The translations under genes and the position numbers were made by a program. This document shows positions 18,628 to 29,263 of a stretch of DNA of 57,695 bases, piece after piece. The stretch spans positions 1 through 57,695 of the IMG/VR virus record IMGVR_UViG_3300027903_000007. One strand, written 5' to 3'. The first letter of the stretch is position 1; every line of letters starts with the position of its first letter. The DNA comes from a virus (lineage: Duplodnaviria; Caudoviricetes). The notes under the pieces were generated by a model. It searched no databases. It saw nothing but the letters and a program-made list of their open reading frames with translations, and was not told the DNA's origin.

Positions 18628-19449
18628 GGATATTACTTCCAACTTTGGAAGTGGCTCAGGCCTGTCACCTTGGTTTCGCCAATTTAACATTCTGATTTCG
18701 GTGTTGTGATAAGCGGCATTCGCTGCCTTGATCATTAAGGCAATGGTCGTTATCGGATCTTTACGTTTCACCTTATCGGAGCTGAAATACATCCTGAGCC
18801 TAAAGAACGGATCATTGATGGTCACACCAGCTGGATTTTCCAACGTGAATACCATTCGCTCTGCAAGCTCTGGTGATCGGTTGGTCAGAATGTAATAGAA
18901 AAATCCAACCAATGATGGGTTGGCTAATCCACGTAATTGCATCACGCGGCTTACAGCCCGTTCCATGCCGGGGTTGTTTATGTAAGCCATCTCAATGTCT
19001 GAGTTTTCAATACGGTTGATGGGAGCCTGATATTTTTCAAGCGTGCCACGCTGCCATCGCAGCAACCATTGGAGAGCAGCAGAAGTAATGGCCCTGTGCT
19101 TGGTTGCCCCATTGAGGGCTAATACATCAGCGCCATTGCGGGGTTTCCGCAAGGTGTCAATAGTGGCAAACGCTTCTCTTTCTACGCCTTTGACAATGAT
19201 TGTTTCAATGGCGATTTTGGATTCTACAACGGCCCATAAGCGGTGCTGACCGTCTAAAATGTCACCATTAACTGAAAACTTAATGGTGTCTCCGTTGAAA
19301 CGCCATTTGCCTTCGATGATTTGAGCAGCAAGTCGCTTGACGTGCTGATCGTTTAAAGGCCGATTGAGTGTGTTGTGCTCAAGCAGCCTGACTGCTTCTT
19401 CAGGCGTCAGAATTATTCTCTTCAGATCGCCTTGACTTATTCCACTCAT
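18604..19449 (-). CDS. ParB/Srx-like DGQHR domain protein
   Basis: 'NRPL..GKWRFNGDTI..ILDGQHRLWAV'. Confidence 0.8.
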   Translation of the reverse strand: MSGISQGDLKRIILTPEEAVRLLEHNTLNRPLNDQHVKRLAAQIIEGKWRFNGDTIKFSVNGDILDGQHRLWAVVESKIAIETIIVKGVEREAFATIDTLRKPRNGADVLALNGATKHRAITSAALQWLLRWQRGTLEKYQAPINRIENSDIEMAYINNPGMERAVSRVMQLRGLANPSLVGFFYYILTNRSPELAERMVFTLENPAGVTINDPFFRLRMYFSSDKVKRKDPITTIALMIKAANAAYHNTEIRMLNWRNQGDRPEPLPKLEVISSSNTNVI

Positions 19450-19936
19450 TTGTGAATTCCTCTATCCATTTAGTTGTGTTGTGTAAGTGCATATTGATGA
19501 CTCGTTTACGGCCATTATTGCCCATCACAACTCGGATTAGTTCTTTAGGGTGAGGGAGCTCAGAAAATGTGCGTAGGGCTGGGCCAAACTTGGCCCAAAG
19601 AGCTTTATCAGTTGCAAGGGTTACAAGATGATTTGTACTTAATGTTTTTCCTACGCGTTTTCGTAATTCCTCCTTAATTTCAGGTGATATTTTTTTGCGA
19701 ATTTTGTCGGCTAGAGGCCGTACACCGATTTTGCCACTTCGAACATCCTCTATATCTTGGGAAGTTCCAAACTCAAGGACGGTTCTTGCCTGAGTAACTG
19801 AAGATCGTGAAACCCCAAATTGGGCAGCAGCAGCAGTTGCATGCAGTCCACTTTCTTTGAACGAAAGTTCCGCTGCTTCAAGAGCTTTTTGCGATGCGTT
19901 ATAGTGTGCCAAGTTTCTGCCTCTTGCTTTAAGCAT
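19400..19936 (-). CDS. HTH DNA-binding protein resembling a ParB C-terminal half
   Basis: 'AAAAQFGVSRSSVTQARTV..VRSGKIGV'. Confidence 0.6.
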   Translation of the reverse strand: MLKARGRNLAHYNASQKALEAAELSFKESGLHATAAAAQFGVSRSSVTQARTVLEFGTSQDIEDVRSGKIGVRPLADKIRKKISPEIKEELRKRVGKTLSTNHLVTLATDKALWAKFGPALRTFSELPHPKELIRVVMGNNGRKRVINMHLHNTTKWIEEFTNEWNKSRRSEENNSDA

Positions 19937-20313
19937 TAAGTCACCTCGAAGGTTCCGGGGAATTTCATGACTGCCGTGTAGGCAGCATAAAATTCAGCTT
20001 CGATGCGAATGAAAGAAGCTTTTGTTTTATTAATGAAATGCCGATAGGCACGGTGATCTCCATCCAGCACAAAATTGCTTTGTGTAATGAGCAATGGCTT
20101 TGTGAGTATGTGTTCAGGGATACTCATTGCCTTTTGAATATCCACTTCTTGGTGAAGCTTGAGCAGTGTGGGTTCGATGAACCCAGCACTAAAAGTCATT
20201 CCTTGTTCACCTAGAAACACAAATAAGTCAGTATATTGCTTGTCGTTGACTTGTGGCATCTTACTTCGGTTGATCAATGGGTAGACATCCATTGGTACAA
20301 ATTGCAGGCTCAT
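19936..20313 (-). CDS. Small ParB/Srx-like protein
   Basis: 'PLLIT..FVLDGDHR'. Confidence 0.65.
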   Translation of the reverse strand: MSLQFVPMDVYPLINRSKMPQVNDKQYTDLFVFLGEQGMTFSAGFIEPTLLKLHQEVDIQKAMSIPEHILTKPLLITQSNFVLDGDHRAYRHFINKTKASFIRIEAEFYAAYTAVMKFPGTFEVT

Positions 20314-20374
20314 TTTCTCCTCCTGTTAGAGCAAGGTTGCTCACCACTGCATGGGCCGCAGGACGTGAACATTG

Positions 20375-20584
20375 CTAGCTTAGGTTTGCTATGTCAGACC
20401 AATTACGATATGTTTCTTGTGCGTTCCAACACGTGTCAAGACACGCCAGAAGTGCCTTAACGTACATATCAATTCTGGCAGGGTCACATTTAACTATTCG
20501 TGCATATTGCAAGTCAGAAGAAGCGTTGTGCAATGCACGTTGAGCTAGCTTAACGGAACGTAATAAATACTCATTACTGTTCAT
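20375..20584 (-). CDS. Small hypothetical protein
   Basis: Stop codon abuts a repeat. Confidence 0.55.
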   Translation of the reverse strand: MNSNEYLLRSVKLAQRALHNASSDLQYARIVKCDPARIDMYVKALLACLDTCWNAQETYRNWSDIANLS

Positions 20585-20586
20585 GT

Positions 20587-21774
20587 TTAACCTCCACTTG
20601 TTGAGACAAGGATAGGATAACCAAATGGTACCTTATCCGCTACTGTATGGAAGTGGTTTTCGTGGGTGAACACCGCCCATAGTGTGGGGATGCCGGGATC
20701 TTCACCAAAATCATTCACTTCAAGGTCGGTGAGATAAATGATGCAGCTGGCATCAGGAATATTCTCACGGATGTACTTGAAAGTGTCACTAAAAGCAGTG
20801 CCACCTCCTCCACCTTTTAAGGGCTCAGGTTTTACAATGTCGCCCATCACGTAATGGAAAACATCATGGGCGCGGGTGTCAGCATAGATGACGGTCAATT
20901 GATCTGCCGTGCCTTGATCCAAGGAACCAGCTACTTCACTGAGCATTTCCTTGAACATTTTGTCATTGATACTGCCAGAATCATCCACGGCAAATACCAA
21001 ATGGCTGAGCCTGTCAGACACAACACCGGGCAATAGGGTGCCTATGGCAGTGCTGCGTCGGCTGATCCGCGCCCAAGAAGGCTCTTTGGACAGGGATTGG
21101 TCAATGAAGTTCCATGTCAAATCTTTCCATGAAACCTTTGGCCTATCTAACTCAGCAATCAGATGTCGTAGGATACCGGGCACGTTGCCAATACCGTTAG
21201 CTTTCATAACGGCTATGGCTGATCGCACGGCTTTATCCCAAACGTGTTTGGTTTGTTCTTCACCCGCTTGACCGTTTGGGGCATCCATTACACTTCCAAT
21301 GTCCCATCCGTCTTTATTTACATAGAACTCGATTTCAATTTTGGGAAACGAATCATAGATTTCTTCAGAGGTCATGCCTCTGTACTTTTCGTTAATGCAG
21401 CATTTAAAGTTTTTGCCACTGATCATGACGTCGTGGATCAAAGTGAAGCCTGAATCTTTCAGATCCAAATTGATCACGTAGTCACAGGCCGCATTCCATG
21501 GCCCGTGCTGCCGTTCTTGGCGTCTTGAGAAGTGTTTTAGGCAGCAGTGCATGACCTCATGGCATATCAGGAACTCACATTGCCTATCATCGAGTTGCTT
21601 GATGAAATCAGGATTGTAGTACAATGACACGCCATCCACTGCGCCAGTAGGTATGCTATAGTCTTCAACCAGCCGTAGTTGCATGGCTAGAAAGCCAAAG
21701 AAACCGTTACTGACTAACAGGTTTGTGCGGCCACGGATGATGTCATCATAAGCTTTGCGGTCTTTGATTTGCAT
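20587..21774 (-). CDS. Metallopeptidase + vWA protein (DUF2201-like)
   Basis: 'TGAVDG..YYN', HExxH 'HEVMH', 'WNAACDYVIN', MIDAS 'DDSGSI', 'GGGT', 'YLTD'. Confidence 0.85.
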   Translation of the reverse strand: MQIKDRKAYDDIIRGRTNLLVSNGFFGFLAMQLRLVEDYSIPTGAVDGVSLYYNPDFIKQLDDRQCEFLICHEVMHCCLKHFSRRQERQHGPWNAACDYVINLDLKDSGFTLIHDVMISGKNFKCCINEKYRGMTSEEIYDSFPKIEIEFYVNKDGWDIGSVMDAPNGQAGEEQTKHVWDKAVRSAIAVMKANGIGNVPGILRHLIAELDRPKVSWKDLTWNFIDQSLSKEPSWARISRRSTAIGTLLPGVVSDRLSHLVFAVDDSGSINDKMFKEMLSEVAGSLDQGTADQLTVIYADTRAHDVFHYVMGDIVKPEPLKGGGGGTAFSDTFKYIRENIPDASCIIYLTDLEVNDFGEDPGIPTLWAVFTHENHFHTVADKVPFGYPILVSTSGG

Positions 21775-21905
21775 TTATCTCCTCCTGTTTGAAGCATAGT
21801 GCTTCACTAAGAGGCTGGAGTAGAGGTAGGTCAAGAACTTGCTCCAGCCGATCCCCTACGTTGCCAAAAGGCGGACGTCTTACAGGGACATCTCTTAAGG
21901 CAGCA

Positions 21906-22271
21906 CTAGCGTATCTCGAACGATACCCGTTCATCGTCGTTAGGCTTCGTGTAAGCAGCAAATACTGAAGGTTTATCAGTTTTTAGTGCTTCTTGATCAA
22001 GCCGATTAGTGGGGACGATTTGCAGCACGGCTTTGAATTGATGACCCGGTACTTCGCCTGCCGTGTGATTGAGATGATCTTTGATATAGATCTTGATTTC
22101 CTTGTCGAACTTCTCAATGGTTTTGGCAGCAGCTCTGAAGCGGGCTGCTACGTCGATCTTGTCAGCGGTAGTCATCCGCTCCGTGTCTCTCACAATGGTT
22201 TCCATGATGTCTGACAGATAGTCAAGGTCTTCAACTAACTGTTTACGATCATTTTTCGAATATGGTTTCAT
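21906..22271 (-). CDS. Hypothetical protein
   Basis: AACAGGAGGAG SD. Confidence 0.65.
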   Translation of the reverse strand: MKPYSKNDRKQLVEDLDYLSDIMETIVRDTERMTTADKIDVAARFRAAAKTIEKFDKEIKIYIKDHLNHTAGEVPGHQFKAVLQIVPTNRLDQEALKTDKPSVFAAYTKPNDDERVSFEIR

Positions 22272-22283
22272 GCTCTCCTCCTG

Positions 22284-23333
22284 TTAGATGCGCAAGGTCT
22301 TGTTAGTTCTTGCCCATTTGACAAATGCCTGTGTTTCACACAGGGATTGATCCCGTTTGGTGGCATCCAAGATAACTACGGTGCTGAAATCAGCACCAAA
22401 GTGATCACGGTTTATATATTTCATTATTTGTGCCATGTTAGCAGTGGTCATATTTCTTGCCAGCAACGAGCTCAGGGCAAATCGTGAAGCTGGCTCTTCA
22501 GGAATTAATGTACTCATTGGATCTTTGATGACGTCTTCAAAGTCAGGTAAGTTCAGGGCAGTGAAGAAGGTTTCAACATCTGTTGCGGCTCCTTCACCAA
22601 CGATGCCTGACAACAGTCTGAAGCGCAGCGATCCATCCTTGGTGAATACTTTGGATGCTTGTGTCCAAGACCGTGGCGTTGGGAATGCCAACAAATCAGC
22701 TCCAGCCATTGAGAATAACATTTCAGGTCTCCACTTGATGTACCCCATCAAAAGCGGGTTGACATCGTTTAGATTGGCCCAGCGTAGCCAAGCTTCATAA
22801 TCAGGCCGGATGTGAATGTGTGCAAAACGGTTGGCAAGTGCCGTAGAAATAGACTGTGCAGCTGCACGGTCTTCCCTGCGATTACCTGCTGCCATAGGCC
22901 ACCAGCCGGGTGGCAATTTGAAGTCACCAATTTGGCGATCCAAAATCACACGATAGATACATGATTGTAAGTTACGTGGGGCATCACTAAGTTCATCGAA
23001 TGCAATGATACCACGTTTACCATCACGCTTTTCTTCAGGCCAAAAAGTAGCGCGTAGCCAAACGGCTACACGATTTTCAAGGTCAGGCACAGGAATACCT
23101 GTCAAGTCTTCAGGCAACATGGTGCTGACACGGACATCAATGAAGCCAGTTTTGTCTTCATCTTTGTCTTCATCAGCAAGTTGATGCATGATGGCTGATT
23201 TTCCGAGGCCCGGCGGTGAATGCAGGTAAAGAGGAATATCCTCTTCCCTGAAAATTCGAGCTAGCTCTTTCGCACCTTCAATAGTTTCAGTGCGAACCGC
23301 CGTGACCCCGGTGGTAACTTGGGTTTCAGACAT
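22284..23333 (-). CDS. MoxR-like AAA ATPase
   Basis: 'SPPGLGKS', 'FDELS', 'AAGNR', 'ALANRF', 'TPRSW'. Confidence 0.88.
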   Translation of the reverse strand: MSETQVTTGVTAVRTETIEGAKELARIFREEDIPLYLHSPPGLGKSAIMHQLADEDKDEDKTGFIDVRVSTMLPEDLTGIPVPDLENRVAVWLRATFWPEEKRDGKRGIIAFDELSDAPRNLQSCIYRVILDRQIGDFKLPPGWWPMAAGNRREDRAAAQSISTALANRFAHIHIRPDYEAWLRWANLNDVNPLLMGYIKWRPEMLFSMAGADLLAFPTPRSWTQASKVFTKDGSLRFRLLSGIVGEGAATDVETFFTALNLPDFEDVIKDPMSTLIPEEPASRFALSSLLARNMTTANMAQIMKYINRDHFGADFSTVVILDATKRDQSLCETQAFVKWARTNKTLRI

Positions 23334-23397
23334 ATTTTCTCCTCCTGTGAAGCATGGCGCTTCTCATATGGCAGCACTGCTGCCATAGATAGAAACG

Positions 23398-23769
23398 TCA
23401 GCTGATATCATCATCTTTGGTGGCTTCAGTGCCGTTGCCATCGCCGATGATGGTGGTGAACATATTGCTGTGCACTGTGCGAGCACGAGCTAATGCGTTG
23501 CTGAAGCGATGCCTGTTACCGACAAACATGCTGTGGTTTTCGCCATAAACGATATTTCTGATTATCGGAGGCAAGTTGATCACGTTGTTATCGGCATGCA
23601 GTTCATACATGCCATCAAAGCGAACATATTGGTGACCGCGATCCCTGAGGTACTGAGCAATGGCACATTGCCATGGATCACTTGCGTCGTAAGAGCCAGT
23701 TTTGGTTTCAAGCCAGTTGATCAAGTCTTGAATGTCGTCAACTGTAGCTTCTTTCTCAATATAAGGCAT
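23398..23769 (-). CDS. Hypothetical cassette gene
   Basis: Exactly bounded by two repeats. Confidence 0.7.
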   Translation of the reverse strand: MPYIEKEATVDDIQDLINWLETKTGSYDASDPWQCAIAQYLRDRGHQYVRFDGMYELHADNNVINLPPIIRNIVYGENHSMFVGNRHRFSNALARARTVHSNMFTTIIGDGNGTEATKDDDIS

Positions 23770-23844
23770 GAAATTCTCCTCCTGTTTGATGCATCAGTGC
23801 ATCTTTAAACGCATCTTGTGAGATGCGTTCCGTAGCTGCACTAA

Positions 23845-24714
23845 TCATTTCATGTAGCCTTGAACCTTTTTCAGGATGGCATCGGCCTTGCTGATGGTGA
23901 CAGCCCTCAGCTTGGCATCGGTTCGTAACATCACAGGTGATGCCACCAGATCAGCGGTTAGCCGCTTTTCTAGTTCAGTGATGCGTGGGTCGTTAGTGAT
24001 ATTAAGGATAGGCAACACGCGGGTTAGCTCAAAGATATTCTGCACGATTGAGTCCCGTATGATTGAATCTGCTCGCTTTCCAGCTTGAGGCTGATAGGCA
24101 CGCAGTTTTTCTACCATATGAAGGACCAGCTCTTCAATTCGCTTGAATATATCATCCATGGCGTTTTGAAGGCGTTGGTTAGTGCGTGTTTCAATATCTT
24201 TGACGATGGCCTTGCTGGCATCATTGCCAAGTTTAGCACGGAAATCATTAGCTTCTGGCACTGAATTGATTTCTACATCAAAGTCGAATTTTTCTTTGAT
24301 TTCATCAAGGCTCGGGTAATCCTCAGCATCAAACATTTTGCCGAGACGTACTGAGCCGTCTTTGATGTAATCATTTCGCATGGTCAAAAATTCTTTGATT
24401 TGAGCTTCTGCCTTACGTCGGCAATCTTGCATCAAGGCCACATAGTTGATGTAACCAGCGCTGGCTAAAATTCGCGTGCCATCGTCTTCCCATGGTAATG
24501 TGAGAAGCTTGTGGGTTTTGCGAGCTTTGGTATGGGCTTGTGAAACACCTTTTAGGAAACTAGAAGCGACGAGACGTTTGTTATAGCGGCCGGCTTCTTT
24601 GTCTGCCTTGTAGCTTTCATTGACGTCTTCAGTGATTTCTTTATCAAGCATCATGCCTGACCAAGATGATATGCGCAATGTAACCAGCATTGCACGTTCT
24701 GCTAAGTTACTCAT
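23845..24714 (-). CDS. DUF3150-like coiled-coil protein
   Basis: 'LVTLRISSWSG..K..TLPW..G.RIL..DYPS..F.F', a type commonly found beside phage MoxR/vWA pairs. Confidence 0.65.
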   Translation of the reverse strand: MSNLAERAMLVTLRISSWSGMMLDKEITEDVNESYKADKEAGRYNKRLVASSFLKGVSQAHTKARKTHKLLTLPWEDDGTRILASAGYINYVALMQDCRRKAEAQIKEFLTMRNDYIKDGSVRLGKMFDAEDYPSLDEIKEKFDFDVEINSVPEANDFRAKLGNDASKAIVKDIETRTNQRLQNAMDDIFKRIEELVLHMVEKLRAYQPQAGKRADSIIRDSIVQNIFELTRVLPILNITNDPRITELEKRLTADLVASPVMLRTDAKLRAVTISKADAILKKVQGYMK

Positions 24715-24890
24715 GTTCTCCTCCTGTTTGAAGCTGAATGCTTCTCACTGCGGCTCTTAAGCCGCAGGACAGAAACATTCACCAACTGGACCAATCCCAG
24801 TAAAGTGCGCGAGCACTTCTAGCTAAAAGTTTGTCAAGCCATTTAAAAGGATTGTATCTTTGGATTTTGGACCAAGGTTCAGGAGGTCGA

Positions 24891-25391
24891 TCACTCATCG
24901 GTTTGATTGATCACACCAGCATTCATTTTGAGATGCTCAGCAGCCATCTTTCGCATGCGGGTAGCTACTGCCAATTCAGCAATGGCTCCTGTGCGTTGAT
25001 AAATAGGATATTTGTCGCTGTTGAAGAGCTCAAATGCTTGCTCTTCAGCAAGATCGAAGAGTTGCATGGCAGCATTCCAATTGTCTACCGTGAACAAAGC
25101 CGTGGTCATCACGGGCACCAGCCTGCCGTCTCTTATTTGGTACGTGAGACCTTCTTTTTTGAAGGCTCCGCTGAGGACAAACAGGCCAAAGGCACAGGCC
25201 TGTGTTCCACAATTTACTGGGATTACAGTATCCTCTTTGTATTGCTTGATTTGGGGTACCTGAGAGAAGGGTTTAGAAAGGTCCACACTCGCATCAGCAG
25301 CCCAGACGTTGAGATTGAATTTGATTCCTTCTGGATTGACTGCATCTGCCTCAAGCAGTTCGGCACCTCTTAACATGAGATCTGTTCTCAT
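24891..25391 (-). CDS. Hypothetical cassette gene (CGTxACxxG motif)
   Basis: Repeat+RBS upstream; 'CGTQACAFG'. Confidence 0.7.
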   Translation of the reverse strand: MRTDLMLRGAELLEADAVNPEGIKFNLNVWAADASVDLSKPFSQVPQIKQYKEDTVIPVNCGTQACAFGLFVLSGAFKKEGLTYQIRDGRLVPVMTTALFTVDNWNAAMQLFDLAEEQAFELFNSDKYPIYQRTGAIAELAVATRMRKMAAEHLKMNAGVINQTDE

Positions 25392-25568
25392 AATTTTCTC
25401 CTCCTGTTAGAGCAAGATTGCTCACCACAGAAGCCCGTGGGCTTCTGGACGTCAGCAATCATGAATCTGAGTAATAGACCCACACAATGAATGTGTAGCG
25501 GATCCAGATAATGGACCGTAAATAGATGCGTCGTATATGACGACGCAAAGGCCGTTTCATTGTGTTTC

Positions 25569-28296
25569 CTACTTGATGTCGTCAATGACGAGGATGAACT
25601 GTTTGGGGTTTGTTATCCCCAATGCCTTCAGGGCAGCTTTGCGCAAGTAGACAGGGCCTATGACTTGACCGTCATTGTCATTTTTCCTTGGCTGCCCCGC
25701 ATCATCAACTTCCTGATAACGCATTGCACCGGGGGTATCATTTTTCCACACAAAGTTCAATTGAATCTTGGCCATGATTTTCTCCTCCTGTTTGAAGCAA
25801 AATGCTTCTCACAGCAGCCCTTAGGCTGCTGGACAGAAACATTCAGTTGAATGTATTGATGATGCGCTCAAGCGGTGACAATTTAGAATTTTCACCTTCC
25901 TTGAGCCAACGTCGCCAATCCTTGGCAGTTTTGGGTGGTGACAGAGCTTTGATGATTTTGGCTCGCACTTTTTTGCTGAGTTTGTGCTTCTTTGCCATTA
26001 CACAGGCTCTTTGATATTGGGAAAGCCGATGATGATATCGGCGTCATCCCAGCCTTTGAACCATTCAGTGGCAGCTATAAGGTCACTGACACCGACTTCG
26101 ATCTTGTTTTGCCCATAGGGGACGGCGGCACGAGGGGCACCAGCTATACGAGCTTGTACACCTTTTAGCCATGGGTCTGTTCTATTGTTCATGTTTCTCC
26201 TCCTGTTTGAAGCATGAGCGCTTCTCACAGCCCCCATAAAGGGGCTGGACAGAAATGCTCAGAAGTCTTCGTAGTTTCGATGTTTGTTCTCACCCTTTAC
26301 AGGCTCATCAGGACTCAGCATGCATCCGACATGCCAGCCGATGTATCCTGCAATGACAGTTGCGATGATTGTGAGTACAGGATCGATTTGGCAAGCTGCA
26401 AATGTTGCAAATACAGCAATGCCAGTAGCACTTCCGACTTTGGTTTCAAGTTTCATAACAACTCCTCCTGTTTGAAGCATAATGCTTCTCACTACCCCCC
26501 TTAGGGGGCAGGACAGAAGCATTTCACACCGTAGGATCAAGTGCGAACAGCAGGTTGGTGAGAAATGTCGCATGCATTTCATAATCAGGATGATAACAAT
26601 GCACAGTCCAGATCCCAATTGCCGAACAGATCAAAATAGTGCGGTAGTAGTGCCGCTTGACTTTGATTCTATGGATCGGGCAATGAATTTTGGATATTTT
26701 GAAGCCTCTCATTGGCTTACTTCTCCAACTGAGCAGTGACGGCTTTATCTGCCGCAGCTGCATAGATTTTCTCCCGGATGTTTTTGGTGAGGTTCAATTC
26801 AAAGTCGATATCGACAATTGAAATCAAGCCAACCAGAACCACCGCGAAAACTACTTTCAGTTGTTTGAGTGGGTCATCCATGTTTCTCCTCCTGATTGAA
26901 GCAAAATGCTTCTCACTGCCACCCTTAGGTGGCAGGACAGAAACATTCAGTTGAATGTGGAGGCATTTTCACTTGGGGCTAGAAGCTCAGCAATCCACCA
27001 ATCTTTGTAGAGAGTGTTTTTATTTCTTAATTGGTAGTTTACAGCCTCTTGTTCCGCTTCAAATGGGCCAATGTAGCGAAAGCCATAGACTGGGCTTCCG
27101 CTAATAATGAAGTATTTCATTGGAGGTCTTCTAGAGTTGGCCATGAGTGTAAGCGGCTGTTAGCACCAGCGCAAACAACAGGATGAATCCCAGCATTATA
27201 AGACCATTAGTTGGCAGGCCTTCATCTTCAGGTTCGTATTGCATGATTAACCTCCACAGTTGCGCAGTAGATGCGCGTAAGGCACGAAGAAAGTGACACC
27301 CAATGCGAAAGCTATGATCAATGCAACAGCTGTGAACTTTGCTAACATTTCCACGTTCTCCTCCTGATTGAAGCTGAATGCTTCTCACTGCGGCTCTTAA
27401 GCCGCAGGACAGAAACATCAGGTATCATCGATATCAAAGTGATCGACTGTTTCAGCAGCCAAATCTTCCTTGCGGTCACCAACAAGAAGCCAGCCATTGC
27501 CGTCATCACTGGGGTCATAAAGAACGTATGCTCCCGGTATCACCGCAACACGGGCTTTGAGGTTTGAAAGAACTTTGGCTTCGTCGACGCCTGAGTTCAT
27601 ATCTTCAGGCGTTAATGCATTGAAACAATCACGCGAGACCAACCGATAGCCTAACGCTTTAACCATGGTCTCATTTGCTTGATCATCTGTCATTAGGCTG
27701 CGTACCAGAGCCACGGTTCAATTCTGGCAATTTGCTCTTGTCGATGAATGAGGTACAGCTGCTGAATGGCTTGAAAGGAAGGCCAGTAGCGTACTCTTTT
27801 ATAACGTTCATGTTTGCTCCAACCCAAAGACACAGGTGGCGGAATGTCTGGGTTGACATCATGGCTAAGCTTATGAGATCCACTCATCTAACCCTCCGCT
27901 TGAGTGAAGGAATTTCCGTGAAGGAAATCTCGTTCTTGATCAAGCCAATGGCTTCATCAAAAGCGTTGATCCACGGTTCGTGGTTGGGGATATCTTTACC
28001 ACGGTTGATCTTTGCCATGGTAAGTCGCACATCGTCTAATATCCCCAATGCGCATGCTATTGCTATCTTACTCATGATTTTCTCCTCCTGTTGAAGCATA
28101 ATGCTTCTCACAGCAGCCCTTAGGCTGCTGGACAGAAACATTAGTCATAGGATGACGGGATGATAGGTAACTTCATGCGGTCATTCCATATAGTGCTGCG
28201 TTGTGACTTGGCCATCTCCATTTCAAACCGCTCTTCAGCAGCTGCCATTTCAATGACTATCCCTGTCACCAAAATGATCACGGTGATGCGGATCAT
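25569..28296 (-). CDS. Run of about 13 small cassette genes, several with TM segments (25569-25775, 25843-25998, 25998-26192, 26259-26456, 26524-26712, 26717-26881, 26947-27120, 27131-27244, 27247-27348, 27418-27693, 27693-27887, 27884-28075, 28141-28296)
   Basis: Starts reassigned by hand to the ATG after each AGGAGG or coupled stop; stops often coincide with the first bases of the next repeat. Confidence 0.6.
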
Positions 28297-28718
28297 TTGA
28301 AGATCAAGCCATCTAAGCCGTATGGCCCACCGCCTGATAATACCAACTCAATCAGGATGAGGGCGTACAGAACCTCAGGGAGGTACAGCACGTCATCCAG
28401 ATAGTCAGCCTTGTCAAGTGGCTTCCAGCCACCAATGCGTTTCAGGCCATCGGTGAATGTTGCACCACAACAGATGATGAACAATCCGAAGGCTGCTACG
28501 GGTGTGAAGAGCCCCCATAGTAACGCAATACCTCCCAAGAATTCAGCTATTGGTACAAACCAACTGTTGAATTTGGGTTCGGGGATATGATCATCCATCA
28601 TGGTTTGAGCCACAGTGGCATGACGCACTGGATTAAATAGCTTGTGATAGCCCGATATACTGAAAAATACCCCCATGCCTATTCGCAGTATTGTGATGCC
28701 GATTAAAGGTAGCTCCAT
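28293..28718 (-). CDS. DoxX family membrane protein
   Basis: 'LRIGMGVFFSISGYHKL..AEFLGGIALLWGLFTPVAA..GGGPYGLD'. Confidence 0.85.
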   Translation of the reverse strand: MELPLIGITILRIGMGVFFSISGYHKLFNPVRHATVAQTMMDDHIPEPKFNSWFVPIAEFLGGIALLWGLFTPVAAFGLFIICCGATFTDGLKRIGGWKPLDKADYLDDVLYLPEVLYALILIELVLSGGGPYGLDGLIFK

Positions 28719-28803
28719 TTTTCTCTCCTCCTGTTGAAGCAAAATGCTTCAAGAAACATATTTGTTTGTGGTATGCTTCTTGAAACATTAGTGAGAATTT
28801 AAA

Positions 28804-29103
28804 ATGGTTCAAACTCCGAAACGAGCTTTTCAATATCATCGCAATAACGCGAGAAGACGGAAAATTGAATTTAACTTTACATTTGAAGAATGGGTTAAAT
28901 GGTGGGAGACTAATTTAGGGCTTGATTGGTATTTAAAACGTGGATGCAAATCAGGGCAGTACGTAATGGCTAGGAAGCGAGATAGAGGTGCTTATGAAGT
29001 AGAGAATGTTAAATGTATTCTTTGTAATTTAAATAATCTTGAAAGTATGTACGGAGAGGGTAGGAATCACCCTCTCCGTAGGAGAAACATTCAGTCGCCG
29101 TGA
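28804..29103 (+). CDS. Free-standing HNH-like endonuclease (paralog of 18181-18627)
   Basis: 'NARRRKIEFNFTFEEWVKWW..GQYVMARKRDRGAYEVENVKCI..N'. Confidence 0.75.
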   Translation: MVQTPKRAFQYHRNNARRRKIEFNFTFEEWVKWWETNLGLDWYLKRGCKSGQYVMARKRDRGAYEVENVKCILCNLNNLESMYGEGRNHPLRRRNIQSP

Positions 29104-29258
29104 TGGCCTCTCAACCCCATACGCTCTTCCATGAGGTCAGCCACGTAATTGGTGACGTTTACCAAGTCTCTCATCTTGATGGCCACATAGAGCGAGGCAA
29201 GCGACACAATGAGCGTTGTGGCTGTGGCCAAGGCCAGCAGGATCATATCGACTACCAT
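29091..29258 (-). CDS. Small membrane protein (55 aa)
   Basis: Hand-translated MVVDMILLALATA...; its TGA begins a half-repeat. Confidence 0.55.
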   Translation of the reverse strand: MVVDMILLALATATTLIVSLASLYVAIKMRDLVNVTNYVADLMEERMGLRGHHGD

Positions 29259-29263
29259 GATGG

